From contig RXJX01000014.1 of the NCBI GenBank assembly GCA_003963245.1, positions 164,894 to 228,893 on the forward strand: a stretch of DNA of 64,000 nucleotides, read 5' to 3'. Source of the stretch: Neisseriaceae bacterium (GTDB lineage Bacteria; Pseudomonadota; Gammaproteobacteria; Burkholderiales; UBA11063). Both the position numbers and the translations under genes were made by a program. The notes beneath the pieces were generated by a model. It was given only the letters and a program-made list of their open reading frames with translations, was not told the origin of the DNA and ran no database searches. Positions within the stretch are counted from its first letter, which is position 1, and every line of letters begins with the position of its first letter. Shown one piece after another: positions 9,310-20,718 of this stretch.

Positions 9310-10476
9310 TTAAATTATTCTTAGTGTTACAGCATCTTCACTTTTAGCATTAAGCCCATCTGCTGAAGCTCGTTTGCTATCTAATTTAATGCGCATTTTT
9401 ATATCATTTAAGCTATCTGCATTTTTTAATGCTTCTTCGTAGCTAATTTTGCCAGCTTCGTAAAGTTCGAATAATGATTGATCAAAGGTTTGCATGCCTT
9501 GCTCTCGCGATTTAATCATTACTTCTCTAATCGGATCGATAGTTTGTTTAAAAATATAATCCGCAACAGTAGAACTATTCAACATTACCTCGATTGCGGC
9601 AGCACGACCTTTACCAGCTTCTAACGGAATCAGGCGTTGTCCGATTATCGCTTTTAAATTAAGCGCCAGATTCATATAAACCTGATGTTGTTTCTCAGAA
9701 GGGAATAAATTCACCACCCGCTCAATACTTTGCATACAGTTGGTTGCATGGATAGTTGCCACACATAAATGCCCGGTTTCGGCAAATTGTAAAGCATACT
9801 CCATCGCTTCTGCATCACGAATCTCACCAATTAACACTACATTTGGAGCTTGACGAAGTGCGGATTTTATTGCATTGTGCCAACATTCGGTATCAACACC
9901 AACTTCACGTTGAGACACGATACAATTTTGATGCTGATGGACAAATTCGACTGGATCTTCAATAGATAAAATATGTCCATATGAGTTTTTATTGCGATGA
10001 TCAATCATTGCCGCTAAAGTTGTAGATTTACCTGAGCCAGTTTGTCCAATTACTAGAATCAAGCCTTTACGCTCCATAGCCAACTCAGCCAAAACTGGAG
10101 GAACTTTTAAATCTTCCAAGGTTGGCACTTTGGTATTAATTTTACGCAGTACCATTGCTGTTTTATTTTGTTCACGATAGGCATTAACCCGAAAACGACC
10201 ACCATCAACGGCAATTGCAAAATTTAATTCTTTCTCGGCATCGTACTGCTTACGCTGCGCATCATTCATAATCGAATACACCAATAGACTTGCTTGCTCA
10301 GGAAGAAGCTTCTCACTAAATTGCGGAGTCATTTTTCCATCAATTTTAAATGACGGTGCAAAACCTGATATGATAAAAGTATCATCTGCACCGATTAACA
10401 AGGCTTGTTTTAGCAAATAGCTCATAAAAAGTTTTGCACTTGCTGACTCACGAATCATATTAACTTCAATAGCCAT
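9310..10476 (-). CDS. pilU: Type IV pilus retraction ATPase PilU
   Basis: GQTGSGKST Walker A, IEDPVEF, ALRQAP, GEIRD; directly downstream of pilT. Confidence 0.9.
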   Translation of the reverse strand: MAIEVNMIRESASAKLFMSYLLKQALLIGADDTFIISGFAPSFKIDGKMTPQFSEKLLPEQASLLVYSIMNDAQRKQYDAEKELNFAIAVDGGRFRVNAYREQNKTAMVLRKINTKVPTLEDLKVPPVLAELAMERKGLILVIGQTGSGKSTTLAAMIDHRNKNSYGHILSIEDPVEFVHQHQNCIVSQREVGVDTECWHNAIKSALRQAPNVVLIGEIRDAEAMEYALQFAETGHLCVATIHATNCMQSIERVVNLFPSEKQHQVYMNLALNLKAIIGQRLIPLEAGKGRAAAIEVMLNSSTVADYIFKQTIDPIREVMIKSREQGMQTFDQSLFELYEAGKISYEEALKNADSLNDIKMRIKLDSKRASADGLNAKSEDAVTLRII

Positions 10477-10490
10477 CAGCTATATCTCCT

Positions 10491-11537
10491 CTATAGGTCA
10501 AAAAATAATTCTTTTTGTACTGCATAAACCGAAGCAGCTTCTGCTGAAATATCTCCACTTTTTACCGCTTTAATTAACGCCTGATCCATAGTTTGCATTC
10601 CGTATTGCTGTCCAGTTTGCAGAGCCGAATTAATTTGTGAAACTTTATTCTCGCGGATTAAGTTTTTAATTGCCGAGTTAACCAGCATAATTTCATGCAC
10701 CGCCACACGTCCTGAGTCATCTTTCTTTTTAATAAGAAGCTGTGAAATCACTGCCCGTAGGCTCTCTGATAACATCACTCGCACCATATCTTTCTCAGCA
10801 GCTGGAAACACATCAATTACTCGATCAATTGTTTTTGCCGCGGATGACGTATGCAGTGTACCAAAAACCAAATGTCCGGTTTCGGCTGCAGTTAATGCCA
10901 AACGAATTGTTTCAAGATCACGCATCTCCCCCACCAAAACACAATCCGGATCTTCACGAAGTGCTGATTTTAGTGCATTAGCAAAGCTTTTGGTATGCGT
11001 GTTAAGTTCACGTTGATTAATCAGACTGCGCTTACTAACGTGGACAAATTCCACTGGGTCTTCGACAGTTAAAATATGCTGATAATCCGTTTCATTGATA
11101 TAATCGACCATAGCCGCCAAGGTTGTTGATTTACCAGAACCCGTTGGACCTGTTACCAAAACAATACCTTTGGTAAAAGAGGCTATTTCTTTAAAAATAT
11201 TAGGGGCATTAAGTTTTTCCAGAGATAATATTTTAGATGGAATACTTCTGAAGACCGCGCCTACTCCCCGAGTTTGCATAAAAATATTCGCCCGAAAACG
11301 CGATACATTAGGAATCTCAAACGCAAAGTCAACCTCCATGTTTTGTTCAAAAACTTTGCGAGTATTATCATTCATGATGTCATACACCATATTTTTTACT
11401 TCGGCAGAGTCTAATGGCGGTAGATTTACCTTGCGAATTTCACCATTAACCCTAAGCATCGGAGGTAATCCACTTGATAGATGCATATCCGAGGCCTTAT
11501 TTGCAACACCAAAAGTAAGTAATTCAGTAATATCCAT
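10491..11537 (-). CDS. pilT: Type IV pilus retraction ATPase PilT
   Basis: GPTGSGKST, ALREDPD, GEMRD, AETGHL and AIKNLIRE motifs. Confidence 0.95.
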   Translation of the reverse strand: MDITELLTFGVANKASDMHLSSGLPPMLRVNGEIRKVNLPPLDSAEVKNMVYDIMNDNTRKVFEQNMEVDFAFEIPNVSRFRANIFMQTRGVGAVFRSIPSKILSLEKLNAPNIFKEIASFTKGIVLVTGPTGSGKSTTLAAMVDYINETDYQHILTVEDPVEFVHVSKRSLINQRELNTHTKSFANALKSALREDPDCVLVGEMRDLETIRLALTAAETGHLVFGTLHTSSAAKTIDRVIDVFPAAEKDMVRVMLSESLRAVISQLLIKKKDDSGRVAVHEIMLVNSAIKNLIRENKVSQINSALQTGQQYGMQTMDQALIKAVKSGDISAEAASVYAVQKELFFDL

Positions 11538-11594
11538 GGAAGAACCTTAAAAAGAGAACGAGTTAATGACTATGCATGCAAGCTGGGAACAAAT

Positions 11595-12176
11595 TTATTT
11601 AGCATAGTATGACGGATAATTAAAAATCAATTTGCTAATATCAAATCCTTGTTTTTCAGCAAGAGAAATTAGGCGCTGAATATCTTCAAGTGCAGGAGTC
11701 TCTTCACGAGAAAAAATCCACAGATATTTTTTATCTGGACTTGCCACCATTGTATAAGATGCATCTGCGTAAATTACCCAATAGTCGCTCAACCCAAGAT
11801 GAGTCCAACGTAACCATGCTGGAAAGGATGTAACAACCAATCGACCATCACCGTTTAAGTTACTTTCAGACAAATATGCAATACCATCCCGTGTATAAAG
11901 ATCACCCGAGAGCGTAGCACAACTATTAGTGACTTGTATTTCGTCACCTTTATGTGCATATTCTATAGTTATGGGCGCCACACAACGCTTTTCAAAATAA
12001 GCTGGCAGCCTAGCAATTTCAAACCACTTACCCATATATTTATCTACCGCAAAGTCATTGATCGCAACAATTTTGCCAGACTCATTACCAACTGCTGCAC
12101 TGGAAAGAGAGGTGCTTGACTCAGCAGCAAAACAACTTCCAGCAACAGACAAAAAGATTAATAATAAACTTTTCAT
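11595..12176 (-). CDS. Lipocalin family protein (Blc-like)
   Basis: Signal peptide; YMGKWFEIARLP lipocalin motif; YLWIFSRE. Confidence 0.85.
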   Translation of the reverse strand: MKSLLLIFLSVAGSCFAAESSTSLSSAAVGNESGKIVAINDFAVDKYMGKWFEIARLPAYFEKRCVAPITIEYAHKGDEIQVTNSCATLSGDLYTRDGIAYLSESNLNGDGRLVVTSFPAWLRWTHLGLSDYWVIYADASYTMVASPDKKYLWIFSREETPALEDIQRLISLAEKQGFDISKLIFNYPSYYAK

Positions 12177-12299
12177 TTAAATATCATTTACCATTTAATA
12201 ATTCAAATTAATCGTTGATAGCAAAACTTTAATTTTAACACATACACTATTTAACAGAGATAGGTAAATTACTATAATTTAACTATCTCTAATATAACC

Positions 12300-13646
12300 C
12301 TACATTTTTGGCATAAGATGTTTGAAATTCTTCATCATTTTCATGATACCACCTCCACCGCTAAATTTTTTCATCATGCCACTGATTTGCTCATATTGTT
12401 TCAAGAGTTGATTAACTTCTTGTACTGAAGTACCACTACCCAATGCTATTCTTCGTTTTCGTGAAGCTTTTAATAGCTCAGGCTTTTGACGTTCCAGTTG
12501 GGTCATTGAATCAATAATTGCGACATTTTTTTTGATCATTTTATCATTAATAATCTGTGGCGCTTTTTCTGCAATATTGCCGGGTAATTTATCCAAAATT
12601 TTACCCATTCCACCCATATTATTCATTTGTTCAAACTGCATCTTAAAGTCGTTAAGATCGAACCCTTTCCCTTTTTTAACCTTATCCATTAATTTTTTGG
12701 CTTCGGCTTCGTCCACATTGCCCTTAACTTCATCAATCAGCGAAAGGATATCACCCATTCCCAAAATTCGTGATGCCATCCGGTCTGGATAAAAAGGTTC
12801 TAACCCATTAATTTTTTCTGACACACCGATAAATTTAATTGGTTTACCAGTAATATTTCTGATTGATAAGGCTGCACCACCACGCGCATCGCCATCCATT
12901 TTGGTCAGAATAACCCCAGTCAATGCCAATGCATCATTGAACGCCTTAGCAGTATTTACCGCATCTTGTCCAAGCATTGCATCGACTACAAATAAAGTCT
13001 CAACTGGATTAAGTGATTTATGTAAATCTTTAATCTCGTTCATCATAAATTCATCGACACTCAAGCGCCCTGCGGTATCGACAATCAACACATCAAAATA
13101 ATGTTTGCGAGCATAATCTAGCGCACTTAGTGCAATTTCCTTGGGTTGTTGCTGTTCAGTTGAAGGAAAACATTCCACATTCAAACTTTGGGCTAATGTT
13201 TTCAACTGCTCAATCGCTGCAGGACGATAGACATCGGCACTAACTACCAATACTTTTTTCTTATCGTTATCTTTCAGACGTTTCGCAAGTTTACCGACTG
13301 TAGTAGTTTTACCTGCACCCTGCAAGCCCGCCATCAAAATTACCGCTGGTGGCACAGCACTCAAATCTAATTGGTTATTAAATTCCCCCATGAGCGAAGT
13401 TAGTTTTTTATTAACTACATCAATTAATGCCTGCCCCGGAGTAAGACTACCAACAACCTTTTCACCCAGCGCTTCTTCTTTAACATCAACGATAAATTGT
13501 TTCACTACTGGTAATGCAACATCTGCTTCAAGTAAAGCAATCCGAATTTCACGTAGCGCATCAGCGATATTACTTTCTGTCAAGCGTGAATTACCCGATA
13601 AGGTTTTTACTACTCCTGAGAGTCTCGAGGATAAATTTTCAAACAT
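12300..13646 (-). CDS. ffh: Signal recognition particle protein Ffh
   Basis: GLQGAGKTT, DTAGR and TKMDG GTPase motifs; Met-rich M domain. Confidence 0.98.
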   Translation of the reverse strand: MFENLSSRLSGVVKTLSGNSRLTESNIADALREIRIALLEADVALPVVKQFIVDVKEEALGEKVVGSLTPGQALIDVVNKKLTSLMGEFNNQLDLSAVPPAVILMAGLQGAGKTTTVGKLAKRLKDNDKKKVLVVSADVYRPAAIEQLKTLAQSLNVECFPSTEQQQPKEIALSALDYARKHYFDVLIVDTAGRLSVDEFMMNEIKDLHKSLNPVETLFVVDAMLGQDAVNTAKAFNDALALTGVILTKMDGDARGGAALSIRNITGKPIKFIGVSEKINGLEPFYPDRMASRILGMGDILSLIDEVKGNVDEAEAKKLMDKVKKGKGFDLNDFKMQFEQMNNMGGMGKILDKLPGNIAEKAPQIINDKMIKKNVAIIDSMTQLERQKPELLKASRKRRIALGSGTSVQEVNQLLKQYEQISGMMKKFSGGGGIMKMMKNFKHLMPKM

Positions 13647-13656
13647 ATATGTGTTC

Positions 13657-14298
13657 CTATAACAATGATAGTCTATCTGACAACTGACTAATCCACGTAT
13701 TAAAATGTGGACATTTAACTTTAATTTTATCTATATCACAATATAAAGCAAAGTTACTTGCTCCCTTGGTATAAGCAAATTTCTCCAGCTGTTTTGCCGG
13801 ATATTTGCTTGGTATTGTATTTATATTCTCTGGGTTTGAGGCATGATCTTGTAGAATTTGCTCAATTTTGTTTTTGTTTCTGGCTAGCAATGGATCACTT
13901 TGCGTTAATGCCTCAATATCTGCAAAACATAATGCTTCAAATTCATGTGGTTGGACGTAAGGAATTATATTGCGACAACTCGCCGCATTGGCAATTATCT
14001 GCTCTACTTGTATGGATTTATCTTGCGAAGATAAGTTGGGGCTTGCTATAATTTCGCCATAATTACCTAATTTAGCAGCACCAAGACCAACTAAATCAAT
14101 CAATGTCGTAACAATATCGTATTGCGGAGCTACATTTTTCAGCCTATCAATCAGCTTATTATACAAAATACCGCCTTGTAAATTTTGCACATCAATATTT
14201 AGCGTCTTACTTACTTTATTTCGCAGATATACACTTAGCTTATGCTTAACAAAATTTTCTTCGGCGTATCCCTCGACAATAAAACATAAATTAATCAC
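13657..14298 (-). CDS. DUF4276-family (TOPRIM-like) protein
   Basis: GTG at 14298 overlaps the ATPase stop (GTGA). Motifs FIVEGYAE, LIDLVG, QPHEFEALCFAD and CPHFNTW resemble DUF4276. Confidence 0.75.
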   Translation of the reverse strand: MINLCFIVEGYAEENFVKHKLSVYLRNKVSKTLNIDVQNLQGGILYNKLIDRLKNVAPQYDIVTTLIDLVGLGAAKLGNYGEIIASPNLSSQDKSIQVEQIIANAASCRNIIPYVQPHEFEALCFADIEALTQSDPLLARNKNKIEQILQDHASNPENINTIPSKYPAKQLEKFAYTKGASNFALYCDIDKIKVKCPHFNTWISQLSDRLSLL

Positions 14299-15455
14299 GG
14301 TCTGCCACCAATAACATTGGTTTCCCATAATTCGCCAAGTGTGTAACTTTCTAGCCATTTCGCCAAATCATGATTATTCAGACGCTTAAATTCGCTATAT
14401 TTGTCTTTTTTATCAACCACGATCACATCATCTGGCTCAAATTGGCTAAGCAATGTTGCCGATTGAGTGCTAATGATTACTTGACGTTGCAAAGATGCAC
14501 GTTTAATTAACCCAGACAAAACATTTAACGCAGTGGGATGTAACCCAATTTCTGGCTCATCAATAATAATGACTTGTGGCTGTAGCTCACTTGGCATTAA
14601 TAACAATACTGCCAGAGCAATAAAACGTAATGAACCATCTGATAAATAATACGCTTTCCATGGGATATCAACGTTGTTTTTATTATACCACTCTAAGCTT
14701 AAAAACTCACTATCGTGGCGAATCACAAAATCATGAAAATCTGGCACGACATTACGAATCGTATCTATGATTGTCTTGTAATATTTTGGATATTTATCGT
14801 TAATTAATTTAATCATGCAGGCTAAGTTTTGTCCATCAGCACGGAGGAATAAATTATCATTATTTGCAACCATTGCTTTTAGTGGCGATGTATCGCTAGT
14901 GTCGTGAAAATGAAAAACCTGAATGTTTGGAACATCAGGGTAAAATACATCACCTAAAAGCAAATCAAATTCATGCAGGTTGCAATTTTCAATGTCATTT
15001 AATGAGGAAATAAACGAATCAGACAATTTAGTTTCATAACTTTTATTATTTAAGTTTAACTGCTCAATCCCATCTGGTAATAAATCACTATGCATGACTT
15101 CAGTATCAAATCTGAAAATATTTTCATTAGTGAGCGTTAAAGTAAAACCATAGCTAAGCCAAGCATTTATATCATATTCTTTATATATAGTTTGAAACTT
15201 TATCTTTGCACTTATAAACTTAGACCATTTACTACCATAATATAAAAATGTTTCTTGCCCACCTTTATCTAAAACATAACCACGTAAATTTTCTTTAATA
15301 ATATTCTGTAAAAAATTAAAAAAACTAATGAAATTACTTTTACCAGCACCATTACTACCAATTAGTACATTTAGTGGTTTTAATTCTAAATCAAGTTTTT
15401 TAATTGATTTATAATTTTCTAGCGTAATGTGTTTGATAAAGTTATTTTTATCCAT
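14295..15455 (-). CDS. ABC/SMC-type AAA ATPase (AAA_21/AAA_15-like)
   Basis: ITLENYKSI, Walker A GSNGAGKSN, signature LSDGSLRF, Walker B IIIDEPE, GLHP D-loop. Confidence 0.88.
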   Translation of the reverse strand: MDKNNFIKHITLENYKSIKKLDLELKPLNVLIGSNGAGKSNFISFFNFLQNIIKENLRGYVLDKGGQETFLYYGSKWSKFISAKIKFQTIYKEYDINAWLSYGFTLTLTNENIFRFDTEVMHSDLLPDGIEQLNLNNKSYETKLSDSFISSLNDIENCNLHEFDLLLGDVFYPDVPNIQVFHFHDTSDTSPLKAMVANNDNLFLRADGQNLACMIKLINDKYPKYYKTIIDTIRNVVPDFHDFVIRHDSEFLSLEWYNKNNVDIPWKAYYLSDGSLRFIALAVLLLMPSELQPQVIIIDEPEIGLHPTALNVLSGLIKRASLQRQVIISTQSATLLSQFEPDDVIVVDKKDKYSEFKRLNNHDLAKWLESYTLGELWETNVIGGRP

Positions 15456-15473
15456 TATATAAACCTAATTAAC

Positions 15474-16403
15474 CTACCTTAATTCACTTGGGAGAGCAAA
15501 AGTCATATGCTCTTCAACTACATTTAGAGTTTCGGTGGTATTAAATCCTTCTTGTTGCAGGCGCTTAATTACTCCCTCAACCAACACCTCTGGTGCAGAA
15601 GCTCCAGCCGTAACACCAACATTGCTAACTTGATCCAACCACTCACTTTTTATTTCGTAATCAAAATCAATTAAATAAGATTTTACACCCAAGTTTTCCG
15701 CTAGTTCTTTCAAACGGTTAGAGTTAGAACTATTTTTACTACCAATCACCAACACCGCATCACAACTTTTTGCCATTTCCTTGACTGCATCCTGACGGTT
15801 CTGCGTAGCATAGCAAATATCTTCATTTTTAGGTAAGCGCAGATTAGGAAAAGTTTCTTTTAACCGAGCAATAATTGACTTGGTTTCATCGACTGATAAA
15901 GTAGTCTGAGTAACTACCGCGATTTTTTCAATATCACGATCTAATGACAAGGTCGCGACATCAGCTTCGGACTCAACTAAATGAATATGATCTTTAACCT
16001 GCCCCATCGTACCTTCAACTTCAGGATGACCACGGTGTCCAATCATAATAATCGTGTAATTTTGTTTGTGCAAATTTTTAATTTCAACATGCACCTTACT
16101 TACCAGCGGACAAGTTGCATCAAAAATCATAGTTAAATTTTTTGCCATCGCTTCTTCACGCACGGATAAAGGAACACCATGCGCTGAATAAATTAAAATG
16201 CTCCCCTCGGGAACATCTTTAATCTCTTCAATGAAAATAGCACCACGCTCTTGTAAACCGTCCACAACATATTTATTGTGCACCACCTCATGACGCACAT
16301 AAACTGGGGCTCCATATTTTTCCAGAGCAGTTTCAACAATCGTAATCGCACGATCAACCCCAGCACAAAAGCCGCGCGGATTAGCCAAAATAATTTTTTT
16401 CAT
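15474..16403 (-). CDS. ispH: 4-hydroxy-3-methylbut-2-enyl diphosphate reductase
   Basis: PRGFCAGV, DATCPLV, ICYATQNRQ and SSNSN motifs. Confidence 0.97.
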   Translation of the reverse strand: MKKIILANPRGFCAGVDRAITIVETALEKYGAPVYVRHEVVHNKYVVDGLQERGAIFIEEIKDVPEGSILIYSAHGVPLSVREEAMAKNLTMIFDATCPLVSKVHVEIKNLHKQNYTIIMIGHRGHPEVEGTMGQVKDHIHLVESEADVATLSLDRDIEKIAVVTQTTLSVDETKSIIARLKETFPNLRLPKNEDICYATQNRQDAVKEMAKSCDAVLVIGSKNSSNSNRLKELAENLGVKSYLIDFDYEIKSEWLDQVSNVGVTAGASAPEVLVEGVIKRLQQEGFNTTETLNVVEEHMTFALPSELR

Positions 16404-16411
16404 TTAGTACC

Positions 16412-16894
16412 TTATTTTTTACTAAAAAATAAACTTTCAATTACCAATAAGGTAACGCCAACACAGATAAAACTATCCGCCAGATTGAATGCTGGCCAGT
16501 GATGAGTGCCAACATACCAGTCGATAAAATCAGTAACTTTACCAGCAGTAATACGATCAACCAGATTACCCAGTGCACCACCTAAAATAAAACTAAACGC
16601 AATTCCTGCAATCATTTGGTATGATTTACGCAGAATAAAGTAAATCAAAGCCGCAGAGACCACAATCGCAAATCCAGCAAACATAATTTTTTGCCAACCA
16701 CCTTGATTACCAAGAAAACTAAAAGCAGCTCCTTCGTTGTACATTAAAGTCCAGTTCCACGAAGGCAAAAATGCTTTAGGAGTATAAAGTACTAGTGAGC
16801 TACGTGCAAAATGCTTACTGATTTGATCAAGAATAATCACAATAATACTAACACCAAGTAAACCCACTCGGCATGCGCTTGAAATTTTTTTCAT
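16412..16894 (-). CDS. lspA: Lipoprotein signal peptidase II
   Basis: NEGAAFS, GALGNLVDR, VTDFI and FNLADS motifs. Confidence 0.97.
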   Translation of the reverse strand: MKKISSACRVGLLGVSIIVIILDQISKHFARSSLVLYTPKAFLPSWNWTLMYNEGAAFSFLGNQGGWQKIMFAGFAIVVSAALIYFILRKSYQMIAGIAFSFILGGALGNLVDRITAGKVTDFIDWYVGTHHWPAFNLADSFICVGVTLLVIESLFFSKK

Positions 16895-16918
16895 TTCGAT
16901 ATTTTTACCTTTATACGA

Positions 16919-19705
16919 TTAAGCATTATGGCGGATTTCACCGCTACCAGCCACATTTTTGACACAACGTGCACAGATAGTTGGATGCTCTGAGTTGCTA
17001 CCAACATCTGCTGTATAATGCCAGCAACGCTCACATTTTTGTTGTTCACTTACCAGCACTTCAACACTAGTCGCATCTGCCGCAACTAAAGTAATTTTGG
17101 ATACCATATACGCAAACTTTAAATCCACACCAACTGAATTTAGCAATGCATAAAGCTCTGCATCCGCATTAATTACCAGTTCTGCTTGCAAGGAAGCTCC
17201 AATCAAACCTGCTGTACGTTTATTTTCCAGTTCCTTCAAAACTAAAATCCGGAATTCTTGAATCTTAGACCATTTCGCAAGCAATTCACTCGCATTATCT
17301 AGTACAGGAAGTTGATGGTGAACATGATATAAAGTTGAGTCACTCCCATCATTAACCAATACTTCCCATGCTTCATCACTAGTAAAAGCTAAAATTGGTG
17401 ATAACATTCCTAGTAGTGCACGAGTAATATGGTAGAGTGCGGTTTGAGCCGAACGGCGTGCATGACCATCCGCTTTAGAAGTATACAAGCGATCTTTTAA
17501 AACATCTAGGTAGAATCCACCCAATTCTTCAGAACAGTAAGTTACTAATTCTTGCACAATCAAATGGAACTGATAGCTTGAATACAATCCAGTAGTTGGA
17601 TTAGTAATTTTATCTTGTAACTGAGTTGCATAAGCTAAAGCATAACGGTCAACTTCAACCATCTCGCTCAGCGCTACACTATCTTTTGCTGCATCAAAAT
17701 CATTCAGATTTGCTAATAAGAAGCGCAAGGTATTTCTAATCCGGCGATATGAATCAGTAATTCGTTTCATGATTTCATCAGAGAACGCAATATCCCCTGA
17801 ATAATCAGTACTAGCTACCCATAAACGTAAAATATCCGCACCATATTTTTTCACGCCATCAGGAATTGAAATGATATTCCCTTTGGATTTGGACATTTTA
17901 TAACCATCACCATCAACCAAGAAGCCATGAGTCAATAGCTGTTTGTACGGTGCGCGACCACGTACTGCACAACCAGTCAATAACGATGACTGGAACCAAC
18001 CACGATGTTGATCCGAACCTTCCAAATATAAATCGGCAGGCCATTGTAAGCCTGTGCGTTGGTTTAACACAGTTAAATGAGTAGTGCCTGAATCAAACCA
18101 AACATCCAAAGTATCTTTTAATTTTACATAATCGGTTAAATCAAACTCTGGTAAATCTGCCGCATTTAATCCAAACCATGCATCAATTCCACTAACCTCA
18201 ATTTTTTGCGCTATAGCTTGTAAGATATCATAACTTTGCCGATGCAATTCACCAGTTTCCTTATGAACAAAGAATGTCATTGGGCTACCCCATTGACGTT
18301 GGCGCGAAACGCACCAATCCGGCCGATTCTTAATCATTGCCTCTAAACGCGCACGTCCCCATGCTGGATAAAATTCAGTAGCATCTACAGCAGCTTCGGC
18401 TTGTTCGCGCAAAGTTTTGCCAGTTACGCCTACTTTATCCATTCCGATAAACCATTGTCCGGTAGTGCGGAAAATAATTTTGGTTTTATGACGCCAGCAG
18501 CATGGATAACTGTGAGTAATATCAGCTTTGTTCATCAATCGCTGTTTTTCAGTTAATATTTCAACAACTTTAGCATTAGCGTCAAAAACATTCATCCCGG
18601 CAAATAATTCAGTTGTGCTGATATAACAACCATCATTACCAACTGGATTATGTAAATCCAAATCATATTTTAAACCAACATGATAATCATCCATACCATG
18701 TGCTGGTGCAGTATGCACTAAACCAGTACCCGCATCATCCGTTGCATGATCCCCCAAGATCAATGGAACTTGCCGATTATAAAATGGATGTTCAAATTTT
18801 AATAATTCTAGTTTATCACCTGTAACCGTTGCAACAACTTTAGATTCAGTAATAAAAGAATAACGCTTAATCGCCTCTTCAACCAAATTTTTAGCAACCA
18901 ATATATAATCACACTCAGTTTGAACTAAAGCATACTCAACTTCAGGTCCGGCGCAAATTGCTTGATTAGCAGGTAATGTCCATGGAGTAGTCGTCCAGAT
19001 TACAGCAAAAATAGCTTTATTCTCAGGAAGCGTAACACCAAATACATTTGCAACCGCAGCTGAGTCAACTGCTTTAAACGCAACATCAATTGCTGGTGAA
19101 ACTTTGTCGTAATATTCAACTTCGGCTTCAGCAAGTGCAGAACCACAATCGACACACCAATGCACTGGTTTTACACCGCTATATAAGTAGCCTTGTTTAT
19201 AAATCTCGCCCAAAGCACGGACAATTCCAGCTTCGGTACTAAATTCCATTGTTTTATATGGATTGTCCCACTCCCCAAGAACTCCCAAGCGAATAAAGTC
19301 AACTTTTTGTTGCTCGATCTGAGCATTGGCATACTCGCGGCATTTATTGCGAAAATCTAGCGGTTCTAAATTTTTACCAAACTGTTTTTCAATATTCAAT
19401 TCAATCGGTAAACCATGACAATCCCAACCCGGCACGTAAGGCGCATCAAATCCTGCCAAAGTTTTACTACGAATAATGATATCTTTTAAAATTTTGTTGG
19501 AAGCATGACCAATATGTAATTGACCATTAGCATAAGGAGGTCCATCATGCAAAATAAATTTATCGCGTCCGCTGCATACCTGACGTAATTTTTGATAGCG
19601 CTGTTGCTGATTCCATTTATCCAGCATTGCAGGTTCGCGTTTGGCTAAATCACCACGCATTGGAAACGGGGTATCAAGTAAGTTAACTGTGTTTTTATAA
19701 TCCAT
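16919..19705 (-). CDS. ileS: Isoleucine-tRNA ligase
   Basis: GPPYANG, HIGH, KMSKS and C-terminal Zn-finger CERC motifs. Confidence 0.98.
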   Translation of the reverse strand: MDYKNTVNLLDTPFPMRGDLAKREPAMLDKWNQQQRYQKLRQVCSGRDKFILHDGPPYANGQLHIGHASNKILKDIIIRSKTLAGFDAPYVPGWDCHGLPIELNIEKQFGKNLEPLDFRNKCREYANAQIEQQKVDFIRLGVLGEWDNPYKTMEFSTEAGIVRALGEIYKQGYLYSGVKPVHWCVDCGSALAEAEVEYYDKVSPAIDVAFKAVDSAAVANVFGVTLPENKAIFAVIWTTTPWTLPANQAICAGPEVEYALVQTECDYILVAKNLVEEAIKRYSFITESKVVATVTGDKLELLKFEHPFYNRQVPLILGDHATDDAGTGLVHTAPAHGMDDYHVGLKYDLDLHNPVGNDGCYISTTELFAGMNVFDANAKVVEILTEKQRLMNKADITHSYPCCWRHKTKIIFRTTGQWFIGMDKVGVTGKTLREQAEAAVDATEFYPAWGRARLEAMIKNRPDWCVSRQRQWGSPMTFFVHKETGELHRQSYDILQAIAQKIEVSGIDAWFGLNAADLPEFDLTDYVKLKDTLDVWFDSGTTHLTVLNQRTGLQWPADLYLEGSDQHRGWFQSSLLTGCAVRGRAPYKQLLTHGFLVDGDGYKMSKSKGNIISIPDGVKKYGADILRLWVASTDYSGDIAFSDEIMKRITDSYRRIRNTLRFLLANLNDFDAAKDSVALSEMVEVDRYALAYATQLQDKITNPTTGLYSSYQFHLIVQELVTYCSEELGGFYLDVLKDRLYTSKADGHARRSAQTALYHITRALLGMLSPILAFTSDEAWEVLVNDGSDSTLYHVHHQLPVLDNASELLAKWSKIQEFRILVLKELENKRTAGLIGASLQAELVINADAELYALLNSVGVDLKFAYMVSKITLVAADATSVEVLVSEQQKCERCWHYTADVGSNSEHPTICARCVKNVAGSGEIRHNA

Positions 19706-19710
19706 CTAAT

Positions 19711-20652
19711 TTATTCCTTGTTTTCATGCTTCGCGAAAAAGGCGCGCGCATCATCTAAATCTTTGTACATTTGCTTAAATAACGGTTCTAGCCCCTCAAA
19801 TTTCAGTTCTGGGCGTAAATAGTGCAGTATTTCAACGGTGGCAATTTTACCATACAAGTCTAAATCGACATCCAATAAATGGGTTTCAATCTTATAGACC
19901 TTACCCTCACTAACCGTTGGGTTTTTGCCGATATTGGTCACACCTAAATAACGCTTACCTTCAATATAAACATACGAAGTGTAAATCCCCCAAAGCACAG
20001 GGCGAATTTTATACAAATTAAGATTTATCGTCGGAAAATTCCACTTACGCGCCAATTGATTACCCTTAACGACTCTGGAGCTATACCAAATATTACGCCC
20101 CAAATAATCCCTGATTAAATCAATATTCTGCTCTGCTGCCAACTCACGGATCAGAGAACTAGATACGCGCACTTGATTATGTCTCAGCTCAGCAAATTCA
20201 GTCGTCTTAATCCCACTATCTATTAAATCAAAAATCGTACCCTCAGCCATATAGCCAAAACGAAAGTCATGACCAACAATCATTTCGCTAACATTAAGCT
20301 TTCTTATTAGAATATTATGGATAAACTCTGTTGCTTTAAGCTTAGCCATATGCTGGCTAAAATGCAAAATTACTACTTCATCAACTAAATTACTTTGCTG
20401 TAAAATTGCAATCTTATCGCGTAAAAGTCCAATTCGGGGGGCACGAAGCACTCCTTTTTTGTCTGCAAAATACTCATGTGGCAAAACATCAAACGTGATT
20501 AACATTCGCCATGCCTTATTCGCTTCCGCTTGCTGAGTTAATTGACCTAAGAGCTCAAGATGCCCCAAGTGTAAACCATCAAAATTACCGATAGTTGCAA
20601 TTACTTTCTGTTTACTGTCTTTAGGCTTTGCACTCAATTGAATTTGATACAT
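19711..20652 (-). CDS. ribF: Bifunctional riboflavin kinase/FAD synthetase
   Basis: GNFDGLHLGH, VGHDFRFG, VSSSLIR, FPTINL and ETHLLD motifs; ribF-ileS-lspA-ispH synteny; ATG at 20652 chosen. Confidence 0.94.
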   Translation of the reverse strand: MYQIQLSAKPKDSKQKVIATIGNFDGLHLGHLELLGQLTQQAEANKAWRMLITFDVLPHEYFADKKGVLRAPRIGLLRDKIAILQQSNLVDEVVILHFSQHMAKLKATEFIHNILIRKLNVSEMIVGHDFRFGYMAEGTIFDLIDSGIKTTEFAELRHNQVRVSSSLIRELAAEQNIDLIRDYLGRNIWYSSRVVKGNQLARKWNFPTINLNLYKIRPVLWGIYTSYVYIEGKRYLGVTNIGKNPTVSEGKVYKIETHLLDVDLDLYGKIATVEILHYLRPELKFEGLEPLFKQMYKDLDDARAFFAKHENKE

Positions 20653-20665
20653 ATGCTCATTCACA

Positions 20666-20694
20666 AATAAAAATCCCACACGCTTTGTGTGGGA
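20666..20694 (-). terminator. Intrinsic terminator of the OmpA-family gene
   Basis: TCCCACAC-gcttt-GTGTGGGA stem followed by TTTTTATTT on the minus strand. Confidence 0.65.
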
Positions 20695-20718
20695 AGTTGA
20701 AAATCTGAATATTATTAC

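Noticed and set aside
13657-14358. ORF-track start at 14358 for the DUF4276 gene
   Set aside because: It overlaps the ATPase by 64 bp; the coupled GTG at 14298 gives the family-typical start.
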